Part shown: positions 1 to 11,892 of the stretch, in pieces
Layout of the letters: every line of letters begins with the position of its first letter
How positions within the stretch are numbered: position 1 is the stretch's first letter
Source: an uncultured Actinomycetota bacterium
GTDB taxonomy: Bacteria > Actinomycetota > Actinomycetes > JAFAQI01
Assembly (NCBI GenBank): GCA_963814845.1
Contig: CAWFEP010000007.1
Coordinates: 64,225-128,224, forward strand
Length of the DNA: 64,000 bases
Reading direction: 5' to 3'
The notes under the pieces: generated by a model
What the model saw: only the letters and a program-made list of their open reading frames with translations
Told to the model about the DNA's origin: nothing
Databases searched by the model: none
Made by a program: the position numbers and the translations under genes

Positions 1-756
1 TTCTGCGACTTCGCTCGTGTCGATATGGAACTGGTAGTACTCCGGGTCCTCCATCGGTGCGGTCTCCGCGTCACCCTCCACGACGCGAGTGCCCGCGTCG
101 GCATTACGGAGGATGTTGAGACCTTCGGCGATCGAGGCCATCATCCCGTACTCAATACCGTTGTGGACCATCTTCACGAAGTGACCTGCGCCGTTGGGAC
201 CACAGTGCAGGTAGCCCTGCTCAGCCTCATCAGGCTCGCCAGTGCGTCCCGGCGTGCGAGGCGCCGCATCGACCCCGGGAGCGATGGTGGCGAAGATCGG
301 CTGCAGCCGGTCGACGGGCTCATCCTCGCCGCCGATCATCAGACAGAAGCCGCGGTCGACTCCCCACACGCCGCCGCTGGTGCCGACGTCAATGTGGTGA
401 ATTCCCTGACCCGCCAGCTCACTAGCGCGCCGGATGTCGTCGCGGTAGTAAGAGTTGCCACCGTCGATAATCGTGTCGCCCGCCGCCATCTGCTCCGCCA
501 GGCCGTCGATCGTTTTGCGTGTGATGTCGCCGGCGGGCACCATCACCCACACCGCGCGCGGTGCGTCAAGCTTGCTGACCAGGTCCGCCATTGAGCTCGC
601 CCCGGTTGCGCCTTCGTCCTCAAGCGTCTTGACCGCAGCAGGATTCACATCGAACACGACGCAACTGTGACCGTCACGCATCAACCGTCGGACGAGGTTG
701 GCGCCCATTCGTCCAAGACCCACCATGCCCAACTGCATTGGACTGCTCGTCGTCAT
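1..756 (-). CDS. gnd: 6-phosphogluconate dehydrogenase (decarboxylating), short NAD(P)-binding type; C-terminal end lies outside the window
   Basis: Own minus-strand translation from ATG at 756-754: MTTSSPMQLGMVGLGRMGANLVRRLMRDGH...IIDGGNSYYRDD...GTSGGVWG...GHFVKMVHNGIEYGMM. It shows the Rossmann GxGxMG motif and the 6PGDH NGIEYG block. Absent from the ORF track because no stop lies inside the window. Track ORF 25..594(+) is its antisense shadow. Confidence 0.8.
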   Translation of the reverse strand, partial: MTTSSPMQLGMVGLGRMGANLVRRLMRDGHSCVVFDVNPAAVKTLEDEGATGASSMADLVSKLDAPRAVWVMVPAGDITRKTIDGLAEQMAAGDTIIDGGNSYYRDDIRRASELAGQGIHHIDVGTSGGVWGVDRGFCLMIGGEDEPVDRLQPIFATIAPGVDAAPRTPGRTGEPDEAEQGYLHCGPNGAGHFVKMVHNGIEYGMMASIAEGLNILRNADAGTRVVEGDAETAPMEDPEYYQFHIDTSEVAE

Positions 757-879
757 GTGTCTCCCTCAACACCCGCCGCCACCGGACGATCCGGTGAGTC
801 ATCTAGCAGACTGCCCACCCCCGGCACCGGGCATTCACGTGGGGGCGTCTGTACCGCATCCCCAGTGTCTCGCACGCCG

Positions 880-1233
880 CTAAGCCACCGCCGGGGCGAG
901 GGCGCTGAACCAATCGTCGGTAGCGAGCAGCTCGTGCAGATCGAGGAGGTCGTCCCTGGTCAGGGCACGGCACGACATCGGGTGCTCCGGATGCGGCGGC
1001 AGATCGGTCTCGGCGTCTTCCTCTATCAGCGGTACGCCGGCCAGGAGCAAGTCGAGGAATGCCTGCCAGCTCACCGATGCCCACACCATCTGCAGGCATC
1101 CACTGCAGATCCACCCCACCTGACCGCCGAATTGCGAATCAAGGTCGGCGACCCCGGCCGTGGCCAGGACTGCGCCGGCCGGCAGCACGTTAGTCGCCCC
1201 GCACGTGGCACAGTCGATATTGATCATCGTCAT
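880..1233 (-). CDS. hypothetical small protein with two CxxC pairs (possible zinc ribbon)
   Basis: 117-aa ORF with G/C-rich third codon positions. It contains DCATCG and CSGC motifs. No family recognised. Confidence 0.5.
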   Translation of the reverse strand: MTMINIDCATCGATNVLPAGAVLATAGVADLDSQFGGQVGWICSGCLQMVWASVSWQAFLDLLLAGVPLIEEDAETDLPPHPEHPMSCRALTRDDLLDLHELLATDDWFSALAPAVA

Positions 1234-1304
1234 GGTGACTCCCCTACCCGTATTGCCTCAGGTGAGGGGCGCCTCGGCACCCCTCACCCGTCGATCTGGT
1301 CGGA

Positions 1305-1757
1305 CTAGCGCCCCGGCGCCCGCTGCTTGACCTCTTGCAGCAGCCAGCCGTTCCCATCCGGGTCGTTGAACGACGCGAAGGAGATGTAGCTACGGTGCTC
1401 TGGGTCGGCACCCTCGACGCGGCCATCGGTCCCGATCCGGTGGAACAGACCGTCCACGCTGTGGAACGGCTCACTCACGTCAATGCCGTAGTTGGTCAGC
1501 TCAGCACACGCAGCGTCGATGTCGCTGACGGTGAGCTGCAGCCCCTGCACGGACCCTGGCGCGGCCGCCGTGATCCCCTTTCCGAAAATGACCGAACACT
1601 CCGAGCCAGGCGGCGTCAGCTGGACGATCCGCAGGTTCTCGTTGGCGACAAAGTCCGCGTCCAGCCGCCACTGCATCTGCTTGTAGAAGTCCTTCGCCCG
1701 GTCGACGTCGGAGACGGGAAGCAGCACGACCTCGAGTTTCATGTCCATGATTTGCAC
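1305..1757 (-). CDS. VOC (glyoxalase/bleomycin-resistance/dioxygenase) family protein
   Basis: 150 aa. MKLEVVLLPVSDVDRAKDFY...FASFNDPDGNGWLLQE is a typical VOC beta-alpha-beta-beta-beta module signature. The start may be an internal Met (MDMKLE). Confidence 0.8.
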   Translation of the reverse strand: MQIMDMKLEVVLLPVSDVDRAKDFYKQMQWRLDADFVANENLRIVQLTPPGSECSVIFGKGITAAAPGSVQGLQLTVSDIDAACAELTNYGIDVSEPFHSVDGLFHRIGTDGRVEGADPEHRSYISFASFNDPDGNGWLLQEVKQRAPGR

Positions 1758-1974
1758 TCCTCTGCTTTGCTGTCGGTGGCACGATCAATGCCGGTGGCAT
1801 CAGAGTCGTGCGCGGGCTCCATGCGTCGCGCCCGTGAACGCCCCTGGCGGGCACACGCCAGGGCAGGGGCCAGGGTGGGGCACAGGCGCGACCGATCCGA
1901 GCAAGGCACGATTGTCTATCCAGTAGGCAACCGCCGGCGCCACGACAACTGTCACTAACGACCAGGAGTACTGA

Positions 1975-3918
1975 ATGACGCTTTACCAGGTACACCCGAC
2001 GGCGTCGGCGAAGTCGGGACCGCCGACTGATCGCCGCCCGGCGCCGGCGCCGGTGCCGCCGCCCCGTTGGCGACACTGGTTGTGGGTGACGGGTGTCGTG
2101 TTGACGATCGGCCTGTTTGTGCTGCCAGGGTTCGGCGCCGGCAAGTCGGCGAAGTCGGTGTCCTTCAGCGCGTTCCAGTCCGATGTCCGCGCGGGTTTGG
2201 TGAAGACCGCGACGATCAGCTCGACCGGTCATGTGTCCGGCACTTTCATCAAGGGCGCCACGTATACCTCGCAGATACCCACGGCGCTGCAGGACACCGG
2301 CCTCAATGCGTTGCTGTCCGCCCACAACGTCGAGGTAGTGGGATCGCCGCCGGGCAGCGGGATCACGTTGGGGACAGTGCTCATCGACTTTCTGCCGTTT
2401 ATCTTGCTCGGTGCGTACTTCATCTACATCTCACGTCGTGCCCGGTCACAGCTCGGCGGCGCGGGCATCGGCGGCCGAATCATGGGCATCGGCGGGTCGA
2501 AAGCGAAGGTGTACGACGAAGATCGGCCGACCACCCGTTTCACCGACATCGCCGGCTACGACGGCGCGAAGCAAGAAGTCGCCGAAGTGGTCGACTACCT
2601 GAAGAACCCTGACCGCTACACCAAGGCAGGCGCCGTCGGACCGAAGGGTTTGCTGCTCGTCGGCCCGCCCGGCACCGGCAAGACCCTCATGGCCCGAGCG
2701 GTGGCCGGCGAGGCCGAGGTGCCCTTCCTTGCACTGACCGGGTCCAGCTTCGTCGAGCTGTTCGTCGGCGTCGGCGCATCCCGGGTCCGCGATCTGTTCG
2801 CCGATGCCCGCAAACGCGCTCCCGCCATCATCTTCATCGACGAGATCGACGCCATCGGCGGAAAGCGCGGCACGTCCTTCGGCGGCAATGACGAACGCGA
2901 GCAAACCCTTAACCAGCTCCTCGCCGAGATGGACGGATTCGACACCGCCACCGACGTCGTCGTCCTTGCTGCCACGAACCGGCCCGAGACTCTCGACCCC
3001 GCATTGCTCCGACCCGGCCGGTTCGACCGCACCGTGGAGATCCCGCTCCCGAACCTTGCCGAGCGCAGCGCAATTCTTGCGGTACACGCAACCCACATCC
3101 ACCTCGACGCGAGCGTCAACCTGACCGACGTCGCCCGAGGCACGCCAGGGTTCTCCGGCGCCGAGCTCGCCAACCTGGTCAACGAAGCCGCGCTACGGGC
3201 CGTCCGCGACAACCGCACCACCATCACCTCGGACGACTTCAGCGCGGCGCGTGACCGGCTGATTCTCGGCCGCCGCGACCACAGCAACGCGCTGCTCCCC
3301 GCCGAGCAACGCTCCGTGGCCGTTCATGAGACCGGCCACGCCCTTGTCGCCGCGCTGTCACCCAATGCCGATCCGGTCGAGAAGATCACCATCCTGCCCG
3401 CCGGGCAGACCCTCGGCGTGACCGAACAACTCCCCCAGGATGAACGCCACCTCTACGGCGAAAACTACCTGCATGAGTCCCTCGCCATCCGCCTCGGCGG
3501 CCGCGCGGCAGAGCTTCTCATCCTCGGCGAAGCCAGCACCGGCGCGACGAGCGACCTAGCCGGCGCGACGGACCTCGCCACCCGCATGGTCCGCGAATGG
3601 GGCCTATCGACCCGCCTCGGCCCCATTAGCTATCCCAGCCAGTCGACGTACCTCGACAACGGCGCCGGTGGCGGGCTCACCAGTCGCCCATATGCCGACA
3701 CCACCCAGGAAGCCATCGACGAAGAAGTCGCTCAACTGCTCCGCGACGCCCAACAACGCGCCACCGACCTGCTCACGGCCCACCAAGCGGAGCTGAATGA
3801 GGTCGTCGCACTGTTGCTCGAGCAGGAGACGATCTCTGGCGCTCAGCTGATGGCCATAGTCAACGCCGCAAAGACGGTCGACCCGAAAGGATCCGACCCG
3901 GCGGTGACACCGGCATGA
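1975..3918 (+). CDS. ftsH: ATP-dependent zinc metalloprotease FtsH (probable paralogue, non-canonical neighbourhood)
   Basis: 647 aa with N-terminal TM segments. Walker A GPPGTGKT, Walker [12 protein letters not shown] region and zinc site HETGHAL are present. AGGAG RBS lies before the ATG. Confidence 0.95.
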   Translation: MTLYQVHPTASAKSGPPTDRRPAPAPVPPPRWRHWLWVTGVVLTIGLFVLPGFGAGKSAKSVSFSAFQSDVRAGLVKTATISSTGHVSGTFIKGATYTSQIPTALQDTGLNALLSAHNVEVVGSPPGSGITLGTVLIDFLPFILLGAYFIYISRRARSQLGGAGIGGRIMGIGGSKAKVYDEDRPTTRFTDIAGYDGAKQEVAEVVDYLKNPDRYTKAGAVGPKGLLLVGPPGTGKTLMARAVAGEAEVPFLALTGSSFVELFVGVGASRVRDLFADARKRAPAIIFIDEIDAIGGKRGTSFGGNDEREQTLNQLLAEMDGFDTATDVVVLAATNRPETLDPALLRPGRFDRTVEIPLPNLAERSAILAVHATHIHLDASVNLTDVARGTPGFSGAELANLVNEAALRAVRDNRTTITSDDFSAARDRLILGRRDHSNALLPAEQRSVAVHETGHALVAALSPNADPVEKITILPAGQTLGVTEQLPQDERHLYGENYLHESLAIRLGGRAAELLILGEASTGATSDLAGATDLATRMVREWGLSTRLGPISYPSQSTYLDNGAGGGLTSRPYADTTQEAIDEEVAQLLRDAQQRATDLLTAHQAELNEVVALLLEQETISGAQLMAIVNAAKTVDPKGSDPAVTPA

Positions 3919-4445
3919 CCGCGGTCCGGATGGATGCGCACGCCGTGGAGTTGCGGCCAGCTCACGCCCGGTCGAATCAGGCCGTCGGGCCCGCGTCGAT
4001 GTCGGACGTGTGCGCCGCGGACACCCCCTTGGCCGCCGTCCTGCAGGGCAAGCCCGCGGCGGATGAGATCTCTGTCGCCACGTGGTGGCTTCTCGCAGAG
4101 TCCCTTCGACAGTCGGTCCTCGTACGCCGAGCGGCCGAGGGGGCGATGGTGCCCAGCACGGAGATTCGACTCGCCGCAAACCGCGCGCGGCTTGGCTGTG
4201 AGGCGGCCCTCGCCGAGCTCGGCACCACGCCCGTTGATCGTCGCCTGGGTTGCGCGCCTCGTGTCGGCAGTCGCCGCGCCGTGCCACCGCCGACACTGCG
4301 GATCACGATCTACAGCCTCGCCCGGCTAATCGTCAGTGCTCGGACGACGTCGCCCGCCACATTGCGGGCGGCCATCCTGGTGCATCTCGAGGCGCTTCGA
4401 CTTGCGTACCAGAGCGGCAAGTGCCCGGTGTACGAACGATTTTGA
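3915..4445 (+). CDS. hypothetical protein, translationally coupled to ftsH
   Basis: 176-aa ORF whose ATG overlaps the ftsH stop (ATGA). Third codon positions are G/C-rich. The sequence is helical, Ala/Arg-rich and has no TM. No family recognised. Confidence 0.4.
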   Translation: MTAVRMDAHAVELRPAHARSNQAVGPASMSDVCAADTPLAAVLQGKPAADEISVATWWLLAESLRQSVLVRRAAEGAMVPSTEIRLAANRARLGCEAALAELGTTPVDRRLGCAPRVGSRRAVPPPTLRITIYSLARLIVSARTTSPATLRAAILVHLEALRLAYQSGKCPVYERF

Positions 4446-4452
4446 CCGTCCT

Positions 4453-4466
4453 GCTGACACGCTGAG

Positions 4467-4471
<5 letters not shown>
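4453..4471. terminator. short hairpin between convergent genes (possible bidirectional terminator)
   Basis: GCTGAC (4453-4458) and GTCAGC (4466-4471) form a 6-bp stem with a 7-nt loop between the stops at 4445(+) and 4467(-). No U-tract follows. Confidence 0.3.
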
Positions 4472-7077
<2,606 letters not shown>

Positions 7078-7180
7078 CCGGCATCGCGTCGCATGCCGCA
7101 CACGCCTCATCGTCGACCACCCCAACCACGCGGGCAGGCGAGAGGATGATCTGTCGCCAACTTCAACGATCGGAGAACTC

Positions 7181-7942
7181 ATGATCACCGCGACGTCCGT
7201 CTCGACAACCCAGCGATCGCCACAACTGCTGGGACAAACCGTGGTGGTCCTTGGCGGTAGTGCCGGGATCGGCTACGAGACTGCTCGACTGGCCAGGGCA
7301 GAAGGGGCCGACGTCATCCTCACCGCCCGCAACCCGGAGCACCTGCGAAAAGCGGCCGGCAAGCTCGGCGCGGTGAGCACCGCAACCTTCGACGCAACCG
7401 ACTCTGACGCTCTCGGGCAGTTCCTGGCCGGCCTCCCCACGCCGGTTGATCACGTGATGGTCACCGCAGGCGGCTCGTACTATGCCCCACTGGCCGACAT
7501 CGACTTCGCCGAGGCACACCAGGATCTCGAGAAGCATTTGTGGCTGGCGCTGCATGTTGGGCAAGGTGCGGCGGCCAAGGTGCGACCTGGCGGCACATTG
7601 ATTTTCATGACCGGCACGGGTGGTCGCCGCCCCGGTGTTGGGCTTGCGCTCTCGACCGCATCGAGTGCGGCAATGCCTGCGGTTGTGGCCAACCTTGCGC
7701 TCGAGCTCGCGCCGATCAGGGTCAACCTGATCGCCGCAGGTTTCGTTGACACCGGATTGTCGGCGTCCTTGCTCGGCGACGATCTCGACCAGCGTCGCAG
7801 TGAACTGCGCAACACGCTCCCCATCGGGCGGGTTGTCGGACCGGCCGACGTCGCCGCACTCGCAGTTCATCTCATGACCAACACTGCACTCACTGGAGCG
7901 ACGTACGACGTCGATGGCGGCCAGCAAATCGTCGCTCGTTAG
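7181..7942 (+). CDS. SDR family oxidoreductase
   Basis: Start trimmed to ATG 7181 (GGAGAA RBS). VVVLGGSAGIGYETARLARAEGADVILTAR is a Rossmann TGxxxGIG-type motif. Length is about 253 aa. Confidence 0.85.
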   Translation: MITATSVSTTQRSPQLLGQTVVVLGGSAGIGYETARLARAEGADVILTARNPEHLRKAAGKLGAVSTATFDATDSDALGQFLAGLPTPVDHVMVTAGGSYYAPLADIDFAEAHQDLEKHLWLALHVGQGAAAKVRPGGTLIFMTGTGGRRPGVGLALSTASSAAMPAVVANLALELAPIRVNLIAAGFVDTGLSASLLGDDLDQRRSELRNTLPIGRVVGPADVAALAVHLMTNTALTGATYDVDGGQQIVAR

Positions 7943-7957
7943 GGAGAGGCCATATCG

Positions 7958-8260
7958 ATGGAGTATCTCGTTACGATGACGACGAACGTCCCGGCTGGGA
8001 CCACGCCGGCAGAGGTCGATGACATGCGCGCCCGGGAGGCCGCGCACTCGCGTGAGCTCGCGGCCCAAGGCCACCTGCTGCGTCTTTGGCGACCGCCGCT
8101 GAAGCCCGGTGAGTGGCGTTCGATCGGGCTGTTCGCCGCCGACGACAGCGATCAGCTCGAGGCAGTGCTGGCGGCAATGCCGCTTCGGGTCTGGCGGACG
8201 GATGTCGTGACGCCGCTCTCACCACACCCGAGTGACCCGGCGCTCACCGCTGAGTCGTGA
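7958..8260 (+). CDS. muconolactone delta-isomerase-like protein
   Basis: 100 aa. The pattern GHLLRLWRPP...GEWRSIGLFAADDSDQLEAVLAAMPLRVWRTDVVTPLSPHPSDP matches remembered CatC/MLI family sequences (WR...G...IFDV.S...L..LL..LPL......V.PL..HP). Confidence 0.65.
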   Translation: MEYLVTMTTNVPAGTTPAEVDDMRAREAAHSRELAAQGHLLRLWRPPLKPGEWRSIGLFAADDSDQLEAVLAAMPLRVWRTDVVTPLSPHPSDPALTAES

Positions 8261-8973
8261 TGGCGGCGGCCGACCCCAAGGTGGCGATCGTCACTGGCGG
8301 TTCGCAGGGCATCGGTGCCGGCATTGTGGCCGCCTACCGGGCGTGCGGCTGGGCGGTCGTGACGGCGGCACGCACAATCGGACCCTCGGAAGATCCGCTC
8401 GTGCTCGCGCTCGAAGCTGACATCAGCGAGCCAGCGGCCGCAGCGCGCGTCGTCGGCGCCGCGGTCGAGCACTTCGGCCGAGTCGACACCCTGGTCAACA
8501 ATGCCGGCATCTTCATCAGCAAGCCGTTCACCGACTACACCGCCGAGGACTACGCGAGGATCGTCGGCGTCAACCTGACGGGGTTCTTCAGCATGACCCA
8601 ACATGCCGTCGCGTCAATGCTCCGGGGCGACGGCGGCCACATCGTCAACATCACGACCACACTTGTCGACTACGCCAGCTCGGCCGTGCCGTCAGTCTTG
8701 GTCTCACTCACCAAGGGCGGGATCGCCGCCGCGACCAAATCGCTGGCGATCGAGTACGCATCCCGTGGCATCCGGGTGAACGCGGTTTCGCCCGGCGTCA
8801 TCCAGACCCCTGTGTATGCGCCCGAAACCTACGAGGCGGCCATCGCTGGGCATCCGCTCGGACGCGTCGGTCAGGTGAGCGATGTCGTGAACGGAATCTT
8901 GTTTTTGGAGTCGTCCCCGTTTGTTACCGGCGAGATTCTGCACATTGACGGCGGTCAGATCGCCGGACATTGA
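8257..8973 (+). CDS. SDR family oxidoreductase
   Basis: VAIVTGGSQGIGAGIV (TGxxxGIG), NNAG and a catalytic YxxxK-region equivalent are present. The start overlaps the preceding stop (GTGATG). Confidence 0.85.
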   Translation: MMAAADPKVAIVTGGSQGIGAGIVAAYRACGWAVVTAARTIGPSEDPLVLALEADISEPAAAARVVGAAVEHFGRVDTLVNNAGIFISKPFTDYTAEDYARIVGVNLTGFFSMTQHAVASMLRGDGGHIVNITTTLVDYASSAVPSVLVSLTKGGIAAATKSLAIEYASRGIRVNAVSPGVIQTPVYAPETYEAAIAGHPLGRVGQVSDVVNGILFLESSPFVTGEILHIDGGQIAGH

Positions 8974-9123
8974 CGCGCGCCAGCCAGCGATAACAACTCA
9001 GCTTTCAGGGACGGAGCGACCGTACGACGTCAGTTTCGATGTGGCGCCCGCTGGCGATGAACCCGCCTGGTGAGCAAGACTGGCGACCGAACCCGCACAG
9101 AGTCGAACCGAGGAGGAGCCGTA

Positions 9124-9294
9124 ATGGCGAAGTACCACCTGGTCTATGGCGATGGCGAGCAGTCCGTCCAAGAGACCTACGAAAACGTCGAGCTATATAA
9201 AGAGGATGGCTGGGTGGTGCTCTACCGAGACGGTGACGCGATACTTCGCGTTCGCGAGGAGCACATCAGGTCGCTGGAAACCCTCACGGACTAA
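9124..9294 (+). CDS. hypothetical small protein (56 aa)
   Basis: ATG 9124 is preceded by GAGGAGG. The protein reads MAKYHLVYGDGEQSVQETYENVELYKEDGWVVLYRDGDAILRV. The track ORF starts earlier at 9070. Confidence 0.4.
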   Translation: MAKYHLVYGDGEQSVQETYENVELYKEDGWVVLYRDGDAILRVREEHIRSLETLTD

Positions 9295-9301
9295 CCGGGG
9301 C

Positions 9302-9352
9302 TACATCGCAGGTCGTAGTCAAGCTGGCGAACGTCCACCCCGAGTCTGGCGC
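9302..9352 (+). repeat. intergenic motif copy A (TACATCGCA ... TCC ... CGAGTCTGGCGC)
   Basis: TACATCGCA lies at 9302-9310, TCC at 9334-9336 and CGAGTCTGGCGC at 9341-9352. See copies B-D. Confidence 0.5.
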
Positions 9353-9459
9353 GGCGGGGTGGGCTGATCCGTAATGTCAGGTCAGCCCGCACCACGAAAT
9401 GAGATCAGATGAATCGGCTGTCACCACCACCGATTCGACCGCGCAGCGTCGGGTAGGTC

Positions 9460-10263
9460 ATGCCCAAATCATCGCTGCGAGGCAGCGCCGCTATGGCAGT
9501 CGGACATCACGCTGTCCACGTTCTGGGCACGGTTGTGTCGTTCGAGCTTCGCGACCCGATTCCGCCGGCCGCATTCCGGGAAGCGGTTCGCGTGCTTGAT
9601 CACGCCGACTCGATGTTTTCGGTGACTCGACCGGACAGCGACATCATGCGGCTTCGCCGCGGCGAGATTCGGATCGAGGACTGCCACCCGGACGTCGAAG
9701 AGGTCCTGAGCCTGTGCGAGGAGGCGGCGTCCGACACCGACGGCTATTTCACCGCTTATCCGTACGGCAACCTTGACCCAGCCGGCTTGGTGAAAGGGTG
9801 GGCGGTGCAGCGAGCAAGCGAAGTGCTCACCGAAGCTGGCTCGCGGAGCCACGCGGTCAACGGCTGCGGGGACATTCAGGTGGTCGGCGACCCCGATCGC
9901 TGGCCGCCATGGCGCATCGGCATCACCGATCCGATCAATCGCAACCGGCTGCTCGCCATCGTCGAGCGCCAGGACGGCGCCGTCGCGACGTGCGGCAACG
10001 CCGCCCGCGGTCTCCACGTCGTCAACCCGTTGACCGGCAGACCGGCCGACCACTTCTCCACCGTCACGATCGTCGCCCCCACCTTGCTCGAGGCCGATGT
10101 GCTCGCGACCGCGGCATTCGCCCGCGGCGCGACCGCGGTCGGCTGGATCGACTATCTCCCCGGAGTGCAAGGGTTGTTCGCCACCAAAGCCGGCCGGACC
10201 GGATGGACCACCGGCTTTCCGCTCAGCACATCCGACGCCGAGCCCGCCCTCACAACCGGGTGA
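9460..10263 (+). CDS. FAD:protein FMN transferase (ApbE family)
   Basis: 267 aa. Remembered ApbE blocks are present: VLGTVVSFEL, FSVTRPDSDIMRL, NLDPAGLVKGWAVQRASEVL, WRIGITDP and GAVATCGNAARG. Confidence 0.75.
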   Translation: MPKSSLRGSAAMAVGHHAVHVLGTVVSFELRDPIPPAAFREAVRVLDHADSMFSVTRPDSDIMRLRRGEIRIEDCHPDVEEVLSLCEEAASDTDGYFTAYPYGNLDPAGLVKGWAVQRASEVLTEAGSRSHAVNGCGDIQVVGDPDRWPPWRIGITDPINRNRLLAIVERQDGAVATCGNAARGLHVVNPLTGRPADHFSTVTIVAPTLLEADVLATAAFARGATAVGWIDYLPGVQGLFATKAGRTGWTTGFPLSTSDAEPALTTG

Positions 10264-10298
10264 TCTTGGGGTTTAGGCGTCTGGTTGAGGCGAGAGGG

Positions 10299-11235
10299 CT
10301 AGGCGCTGGCGACGTCGGGGGATCCGTACGTCGCGGGCGATTCCAGCGCGGTGATTGTCGTCGCTGCTGGGTTTGCCGCTGCTGGGTTTGCCTCGTCTGT
10401 CGCCACTGCGTCGGCTGCCGTGGCGGCACCACTGCGGCGCTCGAGAATCGCCAACACGGTCACGAGGATCACCATCACCGCGGCCAACGTGGTCCAGACC
10501 GGCGCGGTGCCAAATCCGAGCCCGCCGCTGTGCTTCGGGTAGTCCATCCAGTCAGCGAACGACGCGCCGAGCGGACGGGTGATGATGTAACCGAACCAGA
10601 AGGTCGCGATCGGGTTGGCGCCGAGCCGATAAGCGATCGCGGGGATCAGGATCACGCCAGCAAACAGCAATCCGGAGCTGAAGAACCCCAGCCGCAGGCT
10701 GGTGGCGCTCCAGTCGCCGGTCGCGGTTCCGAGGGCGAACGTCGCAAACACGGTCGCCCAGTAGAAGTGCTCCCGGCGGCGAGTAGTCGATGGTGTGGAT
10801 CGACAACGTGTGCTCGTTCGCCCACCACCGCCAGAAAACCAGCGCGAGCACGACCGCATAGAACGGCGTGGTGATTGAGTACGGAATGCCGCCGAACTGG
10901 TGCAGCGAGTCGGCCGCCATCGTGCCGAATGTCGCGACCATCGCGACGGCAAACCAGTAGGCCGCGGTCACATACCGAGTGGTGCGGAATTGGATCCGCA
11001 TCGCGATGATGAACGCTGCGAGCGCGCTCAGTGCGCCGATCGCAGGGAAGACCAGGCCATTGCCGCCGTCGAGAAAATCCGCGAGCGCCTCGCCCATCGC
11101 CGTACTGACGATCTTGATCACCCAGAACAGGAAGGTGATTTGCGGCACTTTGACCGCGAGCGGGGTGACGTTGCTGCCGTCGAATATCGCCGTCAGCGCG
11201 CGGACCAGGCGCTGTCTCATGGAAAGGGTCCTCAC
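10299..11235 (-). pseudogene. polytopic membrane protein (COG4705-like), reading frame broken once
   Basis: ORF 10552..11235 gives the N-terminal TM half ending ...WWANEHTLSIHTID. ORF 10299..10952 continues sensibly from ...TTRRREHFYWATVFATFALGTATGDW. The two frames meet near 10785-10795 (agtagtcgatg). A single-base indel restores SIHTI(D)TTRRREHFYW. Confidence 0.6.
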
Positions 11236-11349
11236 GGGCTGGTTCGCGCTTCTACACGGACGACCGCATGAGGACGCTCAATCGAGCCATCGTTCGAGAT
11301 CCCGCGGTTACTGAGGAGTTTATCGGCGCTATGGGCGGTTTGGAATCCA

Positions 11350-11389
11350 CCAAAAGTTGTGAGTATGGATGGCTCACTGCATCTTTTGG
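11350..11389 (-). terminator. hairpin downstream of the 77-aa gene
   Basis: CCAAAAG (11350-11356) pairs with CTTTTGG (11383-11389), with an inner GTGAG/CTCAC pair, in an AT-richer intergenic stretch. There is no clear U-tail. Confidence 0.3.
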
Positions 11390-11419
11390 CTGAGGTGAAG
11401 AAGCGCTCGGATCGGCTCC

Positions 11420-11653
11420 TCAGCCGATCATGTCGCCGGATGGCTGCCCGCCCGGGCTGACGACCCGAAGCGGAAGCGGCCGATCAGGCGACGCGGCCGG
11501 GCCGAGCCGCCGGACGGCGGTGGCGCGGTTGGGCAGATTGTCGACGACAGTTGACCCGTCGGCATCCACGATCGCCCACCCACCCCTGGGCTTCGCGGCA
11601 AAGCGATCGGTGTCAGCAGGTCGGATGACAGGTTCGTATTCTCGCTGTGACAT
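11420..11653 (-). CDS. hypothetical protein (77 aa)
   Basis: ORF with G/C-rich third codon positions. No family recognised. Confidence 0.35.
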   Translation of the reverse strand: MSQREYEPVIRPADTDRFAAKPRGGWAIVDADGSTVVDNLPNRATAVRRLGPAASPDRPLPLRVVSPGGQPSGDMIG

Positions 11654-11721
11654 GACTCCACGTTAGACGCGTCGCGCGCGGGGCTCATCGAGCGAGAGGT
11701 TGATCCTGGCGGCGCCCCGCG

Positions 11722-11753
11722 TACATCGCAGGTCGCAGTGCTGGCAAACTTCC
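11722..11753 (+). repeat. intergenic motif copy B
   Basis: GTACATCGCAGGTCGCAGTGCTGGCAAACTTCC. It matches copy A over TACATCGCAGGTCG.AGT...GCTGGC.AAC.TCC. Confidence 0.5.
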
Positions 11754-11892
11754 CTACCTAAATGCTCTTGCGGTTGCTGGCGCGCCTAGGGCAGCGTGGG
11801 CGACGGTTTCCAGCGAGCACCTGCTCGCTGAGAGGTTTGCCACCTGCGAACGGCGGGGAACGGTGGCTTTGGCACTAGCGACGGGCTGACAG

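Noticed and set aside
25-594. 189-aa ORF on the + strand at the left edge
   Set aside because: It is antisense to a clearly recognisable 6-phosphogluconate dehydrogenase gene that runs off the window on the minus strand. Its sequence is Arg/Ala/His-rich and low-complexity, typical of shadow ORFs in high-GC DNA.
11389-11425. GGCTGAGG ... CCTCAGCC inverted repeat spanning the stop codon of the 77-aa gene
   Set aside because: It is an 8-bp stem with a 21-nt loop that partly lies inside coding sequence. It is weaker than the neighbouring CCAAAAG/CTTTTGG hairpin and has no supporting features. I do not report it as a separate element.
11786-11875. Possible guanidine-I (ykkC) riboswitch: CTAGGG ... 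TCC...GAGAGG ... ACGGCGGGGAA upstream of the 540-aa membrane protein
   Set aside because: Only short fragments resemble the remembered ykkC consensus (CUAGGGUUCCG, GGUCCGAGAG, ACACGGCGGGA...GCCCGGGAG). The GGUCCGAGAG block is interrupted by a hairpin and the 3' CCCGGGAG pairing partner is missing. The downstream gene is not a typical guanidine-responsive function. An Infernal scan would be needed to revive the idea.
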